Assembly (NCBI RefSeq): GCF_030684315.1
Contig: NC_081369.1
Coordinates: forward strand, 13,616,035 to 13,680,034
From: Stegostoma tigrinum
Taxonomy: Eukaryota
Direction of reading: 5' to 3'
DNA length: 64,000 bases
Notes under the pieces: generated by a model
What the model saw: only the letters and a program-made list of their open reading frames with translations
Databases searched by the model: none
What the model was told of the DNA's origin: nothing
Made by a program: the position numbers and the translations under genes
Shown here: one piece after another, positions 26,601 through 39,068 of the stretch
How the letters are laid out: every line of letters starts with the position of its first letter
How positions within the stretch are numbered: position 1 is the stretch's first letter

Positions 26601-28104
26601 AGTTGCAGCAGGTGTTGCCCACTCCAGCCTCCGAGTTCCAATTCCAGCAGCAGCAGAGTGCAGCCTCCCAGTACACTGCCCTCTACAGGGAGAACAACCG
26701 TCCACCAGCTCCGCCTTCTGTGTCCCAACTTGGAGCAAATTTTGATCAATTGAATAGGTTTTTTTGTCACGTGCATTGAATGTAAAATACAGTGAAGTGT
26801 TTGTACTGTCGCCGTGAATCGGTGCCATTGTCATCAACTTGGAATAAAAAAAAGAAAGATAACTTAAAGAGAGCCCAACTTTCCCTTTTCTGCCACCACA
26901 ATCCCACCAGCCTATGCCAAGCCATTGTCCCGAGTCTCATCGCAGGCTACACTAACCCACTCCATTCTGCTGCCCCAAAGTGCCACGCTGGGCTTCACAG
27001 ACCGGCTATCCTGTTGTCATGCTGCCTCTGAAGATGGAGCCGCTCTGGAGCCCAAGGAAGCTGCCTCCCTACTGAAGAGTTCTCCATAGAAGCTAAGTTT
27101 AAACAAAAACCGAAAAGAAAAGGAAAGGTGGATGAAGAGCACAAGTCCAGGCACAAGAGCCCTTTCACTGCCTGCTTTGCTGTATGTTTTGTAACCAATT
27201 AGCAAGCTCAACCCAAATCCCATGTAATCTAACTTTACAAGTTAGACTACCATGCAGAACCTTATCAAAGGCTTTACTAAAATCCAAGTGAACAACATTT
27301 CACGCTCTGCCCTCATCAACGTTTTTGGTTACTTCCTCAAAAAACTGAATCAGGTTTGTGAGACACGATTTCCCTCATACAAAACCATGTTGAGTATCTA
27401 CAATCAGTCTTGCTTCTCCTAATGCATTTAAATCCTAACTTTCAGAATCACTGCCAACAACTCACCCACTACTGATAGAAAACTTACAGGTCTACAGTTG
27501 CCAGGTTTCTCCTTACAAACTTTCTTAAACAAAGGCACAACATTAGTCACCCTCCAGTCCTCAGTACCTCACCTACGATTATTGAAGATACAAATATTTC
27601 TGCCTTGCAATTTCCTCCCTCACTTTACACAACGTTCTGAGATACATTACATCAGGTCCCAGAGGTTTATCAGACATAGCAAAAACTGCACATGCAGTGT
27701 GGAGCTGGAGAAACACAGCAGGTCAGGCAGCATGAGAGGAACAGGAAAGCTGACATTTCGGGTTTACACCGTTCATCAGCCTGTGTCTGATCAGCCATGT
27801 TCCTCCAACTCCACACTGTATTGACCCAGAGATTTCCCACCTTTGTGTTTCCAAAGACATCTAGCACATCCACTTTTGAAATGTGATCTATTTTCAAAAC
27901 ATCAACATTTACTTCCTGGGCTTCTCAAGCCTCTGTTTCCTTCTCCACAGTAATATCTGATGCAAAATATTCATTTAATATCTCTCCCATCTCCTAAGGT
28001 TCAACACAAAGACGACCTTATTGATCTTTAAGGGGCCCTGCTTTCGGTCTATTTGCCCTTTTGTGCTTAATGTATTTGTGGAATCTCTTTGGATTATCCC
28101 TAAC

Positions 28105-28334
28105 TGAAATAACTGCATAGAGGCTGGTATCCCGTCACCAAGACACTCTTTAGCTACATATGCACAGTACATGGTCTCTGACCAGCCAGCTCAGAGCCAG
28201 TTCCTTGAGGGAGGACACTTTCTGAGACTCCTGTTTATATCCATCAGCCAGGGCTCCCTGTTTAGCCCAGATTAACAGCTCCAATTAGAGATCTTAGTCA
28301 ATGAGATCGACCTGACTTTGTTGGATTCACTACA
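28105..28334 (-). repeat. 3' LTR of the Gypsy element
   Basis: tgaaataactgca...cactaca on the + strand (TG..CA); diverged direct repeat of 31756-31982. Confidence 0.85.
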
Positions 28335-31300
28335 TTCCTTCCCCACAAGGCTGAGAATGTAGGCTTGTTCTTTCTCCCGTAACTTCTCTTGGGATGGGCT
28401 TGCACAGGTACAGTTTCTCCGACTCTGCCTCGGACACAGGTGGCGTGTACCAGACTGTAGCCTATCTCTTGCACCCAGAGCATCTCGGGGGTGGGGGGGC
28501 GGGGGTTGGGTTTTCCTCCTCTTCTTCTGGCAGTGATGGTATTGAGGTCGTGTCCATCTCGGACTCTGAGATTTCTTCAATATTAGGGGGAGAAGGAGAA
28601 GCCTTGGTTTCTGACAGGCTTTCTGGCTGTTCCCAGGGGTCAGGTATGTTTTGCTTCTGCCCCATTTGTGATGTAGCAGTTTTCATGTGATCCACATATT
28701 TGTTCAGGACCACCCCACCTACCCGAGCTTTGTATGTCACTGGACCTGACCTTGTGTCGACCTCACCTTGTCCCCCAGGCAGGACCATTTCCCTGGCTTT
28801 GACACTTAAACTTCATTCCCTGAAGTAACATGTCCAGCGTTGGGGTTCCTGATACCATTTCACACTCAACCCCAGGCCTAGGAAAATCTGGTTTAACCTG
28901 ATGCTGAATCTCCTCCCCAGCAGCAACTCTGTTGGAGCTATCCCTGTAGTTGCATGAAGGATGGCCCTCTATTCAAATAGGAACCAGGACAGTTTGGTAT
29001 CTGAATGAAAGTATAGGCTGTTTCTTTCAGCCTGAACTCAACATTTGGATTGTTCTTTCACCAGGCCATTGGCTGATGGATGATATGGAGCTGTCCTTGC
29101 ATGTTGAATACCATTTGGCTTCAGGAAAAACTTGAAATCCCTGCCGGTAAATGACATCCCATTGTTTGTGACTGACACTTCCAGGAGTTCATGTTTTGTG
29201 AATGATGCTCGCTGCTTTCCAATCATCATCGCTGAGTTGCCAAATGAACTCTGTGCATGTCAAACCACTTGGAATGGGCATCCACAATGACCACGACTAT
29301 TGACCTCATGAAAGGACTGGCATGGCCGATAAGTAACCAGGTCCAGCATTTACCCTGCCATTCCCACAAAAGTGGGGGTGCAGCTGGCAGTACTTTTTTG
29401 TACTTGTTGGCACTTTGGGCACTGCGTCCCCCCCCCCCCAAAGCAGCTATGTCGGCATCCAATCCTGGCCAGCAGGCATGACTTCTCGCTAACGTCATCA
29501 TTTTAGAAATCCTTGGTTGACCCTGGTGGACTTCCACCAGTATCTGGCAACAACCCTTGCTCAGGACAATCAACCCATAGTAATGTGCCGTCCTCTATGG
29601 TGGGTCCAGAAAGGTATCGAATCTGATTGTCATGGCTCTTTAGTTTCCATCACAACCACCAGCTGTTTCAGTTTTGCCAGGACGGGATTGTTTTGTGTCC
29701 ACAGTCGGATAATGCCAGCGGTGACCATGAGAGCGTCCAGAAAGTTCAAAACCAGAACACGGTCTCCCAGGACAGGCAGCACCTGTGAAGTATCTGCCAG
29801 TGGGAGGCGGCTCTGCATTTGCCACTTGGCTTCCTGGACGATGTTCCAACTTGCAATTACGTGCACAGAGAATAAGGGCCCACCACTGAATTCAACCTGA
29901 AGCTATGGGTGGCACTGCCTTCTCTTCTTTAAGTAAGCTGAGGGGTTTGAGGTCCGTTACTGTGACAACTTCCTCTCTGTAAAGGTACTAGTAGAATTTC
30001 CTCACACCAAAGATGGCTGCCAGACCTTCCTCTTCTATCTAGGCTTGTTTGAGTTTGGCATCAGCATACCTTATCGGGCATTCCTCTCTGGTGGGTCACC
30101 AGTGAGCCAACTCTACACCAATACCATACAGAGAGGCATTGCATGTCAGCCACACTTCTTGCTTCGGATAGTAGTGGGCCAATGCCTTAGATGATGATAG
30201 CTGGTTTTTCACTTCCCTAAAGGCTACATCTTGGCTACAGGTCCATTTCCAAGGCTGACCCTTTTTCAATAGCTGGTGTAAGGGTGCCAAGGTGGAGGCC
30301 ATGTTGTGTATGAACTTTCCGTAATAATTCAACGCACCAGGCACAGAACTAGGCTCTGATACAGACGCGGGAGCTGGGGCTCCTTTGATCATCCTCACTT
30401 TCTCTTTCAATGAGTGTAACCTGGTTTTGTCAACTCTGTCACCCAAGCAGGTCACTTGGAGTGAGAGATAGATAGGAATTGCAGATGCTGGAGGACCCGA
30501 GATAACAAGGCATAGAGCTGGATGAACACAGCAGGCCAAGGAACATCTGGCCTGGAATGCACATTTTTCACTTCTAAAGTGTATGCCTGCCTGAGAGAAA
30601 TGTTAAAGGACTAGGTCTGAGCTTTCCTAGTGCTCTTTATTAGTCTTCCTAGTTTTTGACATGCCATCCGGATAAATGGTAACTAGGGTAGCCATTGTAA
30701 AATATTCTTCATCATCTGCTGGGAAAGGGTGCAACCTGAAGATATCCCAAATGGCAGTCTTGTGTATTGATACAAACCCTTATGGGTGTTAATTGCGGCA
30801 TATTTCTGGGACTCCTTATCTCGTCACAATTGAAGATATGCATGGCTCAGGGCTTCATGAAGGACAGCTGTTCCTGCCCCCCCAAAACCCCCCTCGCCAG
30901 TTTTGCCCACGAGTCCTCTGTGTGAGGGTTCGGATATTTATCCAACTGTGAGAAGCAGTTCACTGTTTGCTTAAAAACGCCACAAAGGTGAACCAAGCTA
31001 TCAGGTTTCACAATTAGTATGACTGGAGCTGCCCATTCTGCAAACTGGGCTGGTCGGATGATTCCTTCGCTTTCCAACCTCCTGATTTCTGACTCTACTT
31101 TTGCTCGTAAGATAGATGGGCGTGCCTTGTAGAATTGCAGAATTGCTTCCTGGCCAACTTACAAGGTGGTCTAGGCTCCTTCGATAGTCCTTAGACCTTT
31201 GTGAAAAGCTATCGGATATTTAATTAGGACTTCACTCAGGCAGCCACTTTCTAATTGAAATATGTTGAGCCAGTCAAGATGAATCTTTCTCAACCAATTG

Positions 31301-31755
31301 CACCCCGTCAAGCTTCAGCCTGAGGCTTTTCTGAGTCAGCGGACACCAGAGCCAAAGTTGCATCTTTAATCTGCACAAGCTTAGAAGTTGGAGTCCAGAG
31401 TGAATCTTGTTACTGAAGTCAGGCCTCACAGGATTCCCTTGCTGTCTCGATCGCTTAGCAGCAGCAACTACAAAGAACATTTTATCCATTTGGCCGAGGG
31501 TCAGCTTTGTTTTGGTGTTTTGCCGTGTGCCGGCATAGAGTCCCTCTGTTCGGGATATATCCTGCGTGATGCTCTGCCATTGCCCCAAGCTCTGTTGGGC
31601 AGGTGGGTGTTCCACTTCCATTGGGATCACATGCTCCACTTGTCGAATTTTCTAATGACAAAGCCAGTTGTAGTGCCTGTTTGAAGTCCAGTTGGGATTT
31701 AGCTAGTAGGCACTTTTTTCATGGTTTATGTCATTAATCATACTCTTGTTACCAC

Positions 31756-31982
31756 TGAAATAACTGCACAGAGGCCAGTATTCTGTCACCAAGTCACCCT
31801 TTAGTTACACATGCAGACTCTGAATAGTTAGCTCAGAGCAAGTCCCTAGAGTGAGGAGATTCTCTGATACTCCTGTTTATATCTGTCAGCCAGGGCTCCC
31901 TGATTGGCCATGGTTAATGGCCCCAGTCAGGGACCTCATAGTCAATAAGATCCACCTGGCCAACCTCATTCCAGTCACTATA
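31756..31982 (-). repeat. 5' LTR of the Gypsy element
   Basis: tgaaataactgca...cactata; adjacent to the PBS-like site. Confidence 0.85.
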
Positions 31983-33916
31983 TTAACTTTACATGCCAAG
32001 GTTATTTCATATCCCCTCTTTGCTTTCCTGATTTTCCTCTTAAGAATATCCCTACACTTTTTGCAATCTTCAAGAGATTCATTTGATCCCAGTTGTCTCT
32101 ATCTAATATATGATTTTTTTTACTCTTGACTAGAACCTCAATATCTTTATTCATCCATTGTTACGTTCTCTTACCAGCCTTATCTTTCATGCTAACAGGA
32201 ACATAATGCCTCTGAATTCTTGTCATCACGCTTTTGAAAGCCTCCCACTAGTGAGTTGTCCCTTTTCCCGTGAAAAGTTTACTCTAATCAACTTTTGAAA
32301 GTTCTTGTGCCATACTTTTACAATTGCCTTACTCCAATTAAGAATTTTAATTTTTATGGAAGGCTTAACTTTTTCTGTAGCTATTTTAAAACTAATAGAA
32401 TAATGATCACTAATCTCAAAGTGTTCCCTTGCTATCATTTTAGTCACTTGCCGTGCCTTATTTCCCAAGAGAAGATCAAATTTTACTCTTTTCAAATAGG
32501 AGCATATACACATTGGTAACGAAAATTTCCTTGAGCACATTTAATAAATTCTTCACAATCCAAACCTTTAACAGTATGGCAGTCCCAGTCTAGGTTTGGA
32601 AAATTAAAACCCCGTACTATTACAACCATATTACTCCTATATATTACATTACAATACATTACAGTTCACTGTTCCAAGACTGGGTTAAGATATTCTCTGC
32701 ATGTTCACTCATAAATTGTAGTGTAATGTTAAATAATTGCCAATAGGATGATTTAGAGTGCATGTAAATCACCAGTTTATTGACGATGCGAGGAAATTTT
32801 CACTTCAAATCAGTACTAACTGGTGGTGCAAGTTTGGAATCGGTTTGAAAGTGACTCTGGGCTAAAGCAAAGGCATGAATGATCAAACTCCTCATCACTG
32901 TCATTGCAGCTCCCTGAGTGATGACCCACAATTCCCCTGACCGCTGCTGATGGCCTGAGAGGAGTGACAGGACATTCCCTGCTGGGCAGTCAGGCAGGTT
33001 CCCCTGACTGTTGCCAGCCCAAGTGGACAACTGACCGTGGCCAAACCCCTGGACAATGTCCATGTCTGACAGCACTGGGATCCACTGACATACCAGGGTT
33101 CTCCCTTAGATAGACTGAGGACAAGCTGTATCCAGTTTCTGCCATCACCATTTGATTGAATGAATGTGCAGTGTGTTTGCTGCACAGGCAGCTGGTGCTT
33201 TGCTATAGATGTTAGGTTGACAGCCTAGTGTGTGCTGTGCAGCAAGATAACTCCCAACCCCCACCTCCCAGCCTGCCCCCAACTGATAAACTGCCTGCCT
33301 GTGTACTGACAGAATGGAGCATGCCAGTATGGCAGGACTGATAGTGCCAAGGCTGTGGCTGAAGTGCCAACATGCTAACAGGCAAGGCAGGGGGTGGCAT
33401 GGCAGGCCAGTCATTGAGTTAGCAAGTGCCAAGTAAGTGAGGGGCCTTGAGCTGCTGCCTGGTCCATTGTGTGAGCTGGGTACCTGTCCCTGTGTGCACT
33501 GTGTCCTTGCTACAGTCTCTTAGTTGGTTGGCTGCTGGTGCACCGTGTGGTTCCTAAATAGTGTATCAGAGAAGACCCACGGTGGCCTTGGGTGTCAAAA
33601 GTGACTTTTCATTATTATAGCTTTGCAATTAAAGTTTTGCTTTCAGTAGTTTTTCACATCTATGTATCATATCCCAAAAATCACATCTCCTCCACCCCTT
33701 GACTGGGGGATATATCTGTTGGAAGGATCTCTGCTCTCCTGAATCCTATTCCCCTGACCCCTAGCCACAGATCTTGGACACAGTGTCAGAATATCCAGAG
33801 ATGTGGTGGACAGCGTCATTGTCTTATGCACATTCTTTGACAGACTGACATTTATATCGAGGGCAGCACCCAACTCAGCACCCCATTCCCCCCACCACCC
33901 CCACTCATATTTTCAC

Positions 33917-34151
33917 CTACTGCTGATTCTGGAGAAATAGATTTGGCCAATGTGTCCGTTCCAAGTGATGCAGATTTCTGATGAAGCTTCAGGTGTAGTT
34001 GCTGCAGTATCTTGTGTGCAGGAAGATGGACCTTTCCCCATGAGAGGAGCGTCTGCTCTCAATGGACACGGGCTTATGCTAGTGTTGTGATGAATTACAG
34101 TAATGTGACCTTCCACGCATCCAAAAAATGTAAATTCAGCACCAACTATTG
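33917..34151 (-). other. Candidate exon, (A)IVGAEFTFFGCVEGHITVIHHNTSISPC...EICITWNGHIGQIYFSRISS
   Basis: Acceptor TTTATCTTGTGCTATATTTGCAG; 235 nt open starting in phase 1; alternative donors CA|GTAGGT (exon end 33921) or AG|GTGAAA (33917). Confidence 0.3.
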
Positions 34152-34209
34152 CTGCAAATATAGCACAAGATAAACATTAATCAGCCTCCTGAAAATAGAC
34201 CAAAAATTT

Positions 34210-36400
34210 GAGTGCATAGTAATAGGTGAGTCTTTTTCAGGCTGGCAAGACAACAGGTGCTGTGGCCTCAACTCTTTACAATTTATTTAAATGATTTGGA
34301 TGAAAGGATCAAAGGGATGGCTCCTAAATTTGCTGATGGTACGAAGATAGGTACGAAAATGAGTTGTGAAGAGAACATCAGGAGCCAGGAAAGGGATATA
34401 AATAGATCAAGTGAGTGGGCAAAGAACTGGCAAATGGAATATAATATGGGAAAGTGTGAAACTGTCTGATTTGGCAGAAAGAATAACAAAGAAGCATATC
34501 AGCAAAATGATGAGAAGTTGCAAAACTCTGAGATGTAGAGGGATCTGGGTGTCGCAGGGTATGATTTGCAGAAAGTTAGCGTGCTGGTAGAGCAGGAAAT
34601 CAAGAAAGCTAATAACATTTTATGGTTTAGTGTGAGGGAAATTGAATACAAGAGTTAAGCTTCAGTTGTGCAGGGCATTGGTGAGACTGCATTTGGAGTA
34701 CAATATTGGTCATTGGACTGACAGGAAGATGTTAATGCATTGGAAGCAGTTCAGAGAAGGTTGACAAGAACAACACCTGGAATGATAGGATTGCTTTATG
34801 AGGAAAGACTGTACTGACCAGACCTATATTGTCTGGAGCTTTTAAGAGTAATGGGTATCTTAATGTATCCCAGCATGCTTTCTCTAATCTCCAGGACTGG
34901 CTTCCCAACTTTCCTGGTGTAGCAATTGCTCCTGATAACCCCACTTGGCTTTCAACAGATCACGCATGCACACACTCATGCACATACACAGCAGTTCTGG
35001 CAGCACTGATGGAGAAAGAAACAGAGTTAACATTTCAAGTTCAGTGACCCTTCATCTAGACCTCTTAATGGACTCAAAATGTTAACTATCTGTTTCTTTT
35101 GTCACCAATGCTGCCAGAACTGCTGAGTTTCTCCAAAACTTTATGGAATTTTTTTTTTCTCAGATCTCCAGTATCTGGTGTTTTACGTTTTGAGGATTGT
35201 TTTGCACTTGCTTGATAAATTTGGACTTAGGTGCAAAGATTGAGAATAATGACTCTACATTTGTTAGTGATGCAAAACTAAGTGGGAATGTAAGCCTTGC
35301 AAAAGGCCACAAAGAGATCATAGAATAGAATCTTTACAGTGTGTTAACAGGCCATTTAGTCCATTGAGTCCACACTGCCCCGCCCAGGAGCATAACCACC
35401 CAGATCCAACCGCCTACCGTATCCCCGTAACCATTCATTCCCCATGGCCAATCCACCTAACCTGAACATCCCTGGACTCTATGAAACAATTTAGCATGGC
35501 CAATCCACCTAACCTGCATGTCATTGGACTGTAGGAGGAAACCGGAGCACCCAATGGAAACTCACGCAGGCACAGGGAAAACATGTAAACTCCACATGGA
35601 CATTCACCTGAAGCTGGAATCAAACTCATGTACCTGGTGCTGTAAGGCAGCAGAGCTAACCACTAAGCCACTGTGCCATTCACAGATGATGGATAGGTTA
35701 ACTGAAAGTGCAACAAGATGGCAGATGTGATATAATGTGGCCAAGTGAAGGTTAGTCACTTGCCGTAAAAACAGAAAAGCAAAATGATTTTCAAGGGCAT
35801 GAAGCCTGTCAATGTTTATGCTCAGAAAGTCTCAGATCAAGTTGTATAAGGAGAATGTTAACATGCCGGTGTGGCAAGCAATTAGGAAGACAAATGGCAT
35901 ATTGGTGTTTTTTGCCAGGAGATTGGAGGATAAGAACAAATAAGTCTTGCTACAATGGTATAGGATTCTGGAGATACTATAGCTACTGTATTGCACTGAA
36001 TTTTGGTCTGCATATCTGAGAAAGGATGTACTGGGCTTTGTGGTGGTATGAAAGAATGAAGGATGATCTCAATGAAACATACAGGAGTCTCAAAGGGCTT
36101 GTTAAGATACACACAAAGAGATCATTTCCCTTGGATGTGAATCCAGTACACAGAGGCATAGCCTCAGAAAAGGGGTCAACTGTTTAGGACTAAGATGAGG
36201 AGAAATCTCTTCATGTCTTCATTTATCAGGCTTTGGAATTGCCTACCTCAGGATGTTCCATCACTGTTCAAAACAGATATTGATCGATTCTTGATTGGTT
36301 CATGAATTGAGGGATATGGGGAACGGGCAGGGAAATGGAATTGAGGTAGATGATCAACCCTGGCCACACTGAATAACACTGCAGTCTCAAAGTGGCTGCT
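34210..36400 (+). mobile_element. CR1 fragments (34210-34860, 35220-36400) with SINE and fold-back insertions
   Basis: PQLFTIYLNDLD..KFADGTKIG motif. Confidence 0.75.
35320..35680 (-). mobile_element. HE1-type V-SINE
   Basis: Same head, V core and tail. Confidence 0.85.
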
Positions 36401-37097
36401 TGTATTTAATAAGTTCTTACATTTTTGAGCAGTCTGGCAATGTAGAAGCAACAGATAGATTGAGAGGGAAAACCAGCATTGTAAAGTTATCCTGTTATTT
36501 TGATGAAATGAGCTTGGCTGAGATTTTGCACTGGAAGATGATCACATGTTTAGAGAGTTCACAATATTCCCTCCTTCTGCCAGGTCTGTTCACTTCCTCA
36601 GCCTGAGCCTGTCAGTAAGGAAGCAGCTCAGGAACACAATCTCATGTAATATGCTAGTCATTAAGGAAGACTTTAATAAAACTGGAAGACTTTGCTGGGG
36701 TGGAACTTAGCACAGTTTTATACTTACTGCAGGAAAATAGAGAATTCAGGAAGAGAAATTAACTCATGAAGTTTCTAATCTTTTAGTCTGTTATTGCACT
36801 CCAGCGTTTGTCTTCTATCTTTGCTTCTGTAATTATCTTAGTTATTTTATCCCATATAAAACAGTATAGCATAGTGTTTATTTTCTGTCTTTTCTTTTAA
36901 CTTATGATTATGGGAAATGTACAGAAATCACATTACACAATGTGATGATTAGTTAATGTCAATGTTCATATTGAGATGCTCAATTCATTTGGTGTGAATC
37001 CACATTTCCCATTTGGTCACCAGTCTGATACAACCATTGAGAATAAAATGGGATTTTAAATGAAGTAAAACAAAGGAAGTGATAGGAAATGAATTAC

Positions 37098-37202
37098 CTT
37101 TTCCAATGTGAAAGCTGAAGAAATGAAAGAGAAGACATCGATAGTTCATCAGTCTGTGATAGGGACTTGATTTGAGATACATCTTTTTACTGGATTCGTC
37201 TT
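37098..37202 (-). other. Candidate exon (phase 1-1), (E)DESSKKMYLKSSPYHRLMNYRCLLFHFFSFHIGK
   Basis: Acceptor GTTGATTTTCCAG, donor AAG|GTAATT, 105 nt with only one open frame. Confidence 0.35.
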
Positions 37203-37259
37203 CTGGAAAATCAACATTGTGAATATGACAGTACAGCGTGAGTCTCACACAAATGATAA

Positions 37260-37570
37260 TAATAGATTTCCTACAGTGTGGAAACAGGCCCTTCAGCCCA
37301 ACAAGTCCACACTGCCCCTTGAAGCATCCCACCCAGACCCATTCCCCTATAACTGACACTTCCCTGAACACTACGGGCAATTTAGCATGGCCAATCCACC
37401 TAACCTGCACATCTTTGGGCTGTGGGAGGAAACCGAAGTACCCGGAGCAAACCCACACAGACACGGGGAGAATGTGCAAACTCCACACAGACAGTCGCCC
37501 AAGTCTGGAATCAAACCCGGGTCCCTGGTCCTCCGAGGCTGCAGTGCTAACCACTGAGCCACCGTGCTGT
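37260..37570 (-). mobile_element. HE1-type tRNA-derived V-SINE
   Basis: Minus strand: A box TGGCTCAGTGG, B box GTTTGATTC, V core GTGTGGAGTTTGCACATTCTCCCCGTG, CR1-like tail. Confidence 0.9.
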
Positions 37571-37734
37571 CCTCATGTAAACAGGGTTCGATCTTTGGTG
37601 TTTTAACAACAATATGAATTTGATCCTTTCTGCACAGGCTGTCCAGGAGTATGCTAGGGAGCAGCCAGTAAGTGCTTTTCATTGAACTGCTTGTTGGCCA
37701 AGTAGAGCACAGCTCTGCCACATGTATCATCGAA

Positions 37735-38065
37735 TAACTATAGTGTGGAATCAGGCCATTCAGCTCATTGAGCCTGTACCAACCCTCCAAATAGTATCCC
37801 AACCAGGCCCACCCCATCCTTGTAACCCTGTATTTTCCATGGCAAATCCACCTAGCCAGCACATCCTTGGGAAATTTAACATGGCCAATCTACCTAACCT
37901 GCACATTGTTCGACTGTGGGAGGAAACAGGAGCATCCGGAGGAAACCCATGTAGACACGGGGAGAATGTGTAAACTCCACACAGACAGTCGCCTGAGGGT
38001 GAAATTGAATCCAAGTCCCTGCTGCTGTGAGGCAGCAGCACTAACCACTGAGTCACCGTGCCGCC
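37735..38065 (-). mobile_element. HE1-type V-SINE
   Basis: Same head, V core and tail. Confidence 0.88.
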
Positions 38066-38429
38066 CTCTCAAACAAATCTGCTATTTCACTCAGCGATAC
38101 CAGCACATCACCACCCCTTTGCCTCCTCACTACCCACACTGTTGGCCACCAAGCCCTTGGTCTCTCTCAGTCCTGTTCCCTCCTGATCGCCAGTAAGACA
38201 TTGCCTATTCCAATACTGGAACCATCCTGGCTGCTACGAACTGTCCCAGTCTACAGCCTTCCACTGCCGTAGCTTTCCCACCACACAGCTGGCTAGTTCA
38301 CTAATCTGGCAGAGCACTTGGTGTAATGATAAGGTCATGCTATTATATTCACCATGACCTCAATGTTTCCAGAATTTATGATGCCCCACCCAGTTCACTC
38401 CTTCTCTGTAAACAATGAGGCCTAATTAC

Positions 38430-38555
38430 CCTCTTTTTTTGAAAAATGCCGAACTGAACTTTCCACATCATCCACAATGTCTGTCTGTCTGTACATTGAA
38501 GTTTTCTAGTCATAATTAGAATCATATTAAATTCCATATTATCCATCAGATACTT
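38430..38555 (-). other. Candidate exon of an unidentified minus-strand spliced transcript (may encode MYRQTDIVDDVESSVRHFSKKE)
   Basis: Acceptor TTTCTGTGTTTTCACAG, donor AGG|GTAATT, unique non-repeat sequence. The frame from ATG 38496 ends in phase 1. Confidence 0.3.
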
Positions 38556-39002
38556 CTGTGAAAACACAGAAACTGCTTTACCACCAAATGATGATACTAG
38601 CTTCTCTATCTAAACTCCTTTGTTCAAAATAACTAATTGTTGTCATTAATGAAACTATTATGCTCATGATCTTTCTTTGATCTAAGGTCTCAGGCAGTCC
38701 TTTGCAGCATTGTTAGGCTGCAGCTTTAGAATCTATCAGTAAATCTGCTCGATGTACTTCACGAAGATAGTCTGCATTGGGAAATATGCAGAAACACACA
38801 ACAAGGATGATCACATGTGAAAAAGCTTCAGTTACACAAGACTAGAGAAGTTTAACACAACTATTTAGTAAATTGTCTAAAAGATAATTACCACACTACG
38901 GAATACACATTATGAAGAACCTTGGATAATAGTTCAGCAGAGCAATGCGCTTTCAGTTCAGTCAAACCAGTGAGGGAAATGAACCATAGGGTGATCCCCC
39001 AT

Positions 39003-39068
39003 TAGGGAGAGCGGGGGAGAGAGAGAGAGCGAGAGAGAGAGAGAGGGAGGGAGGGAGAGAGAGAGACG
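39003..39068. repeat. Imperfect (GA)n/(GGGA)n purine tract
   Basis: Directly visible. Confidence 0.9.

Larger units (their letters stand above)
28105..31982 (-). mobile_element. Degenerate Gypsy/Ty3 LTR retrotransposon with both LTRs
   Basis: RT (EGIIRPAQFAEWAAPVILIVKPD, LDKYP), RNase H region (LNYYGKFI, CNASLYGIG), integrase (VDAHSKW, TAPYHPSANGL). PBS-like TGGTAACAAGAG and PPT GGGGAAGGAA on the minus strand; 5-bp TSD ctaac/ttaac. Confidence 0.9.
24115..32640 (-). mobile_element. Long CR1 LINE split by nested insertions (pieces ~24115-24665, 27170-28104, 31983-32640)
   Basis: CR1 3' tail at 24.1 kb, RT region at 27.2-27.7 kb, endonuclease end (SDHYSISF) at 32.4 kb. Sequence is continuous across the Gypsy TSD. 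Confidence 0.75.

Noticed and set aside
37500-37570. tRNA genes
   Set aside because: The A and B boxes belong to SINE heads followed by V cores; no complete cloverleaf.
36985-38196. Cluster of ORFs up to 189 aa
   Set aside because: Mostly translations of two HE1 SINEs; only 37098-37202 is kept as a candidate exon.
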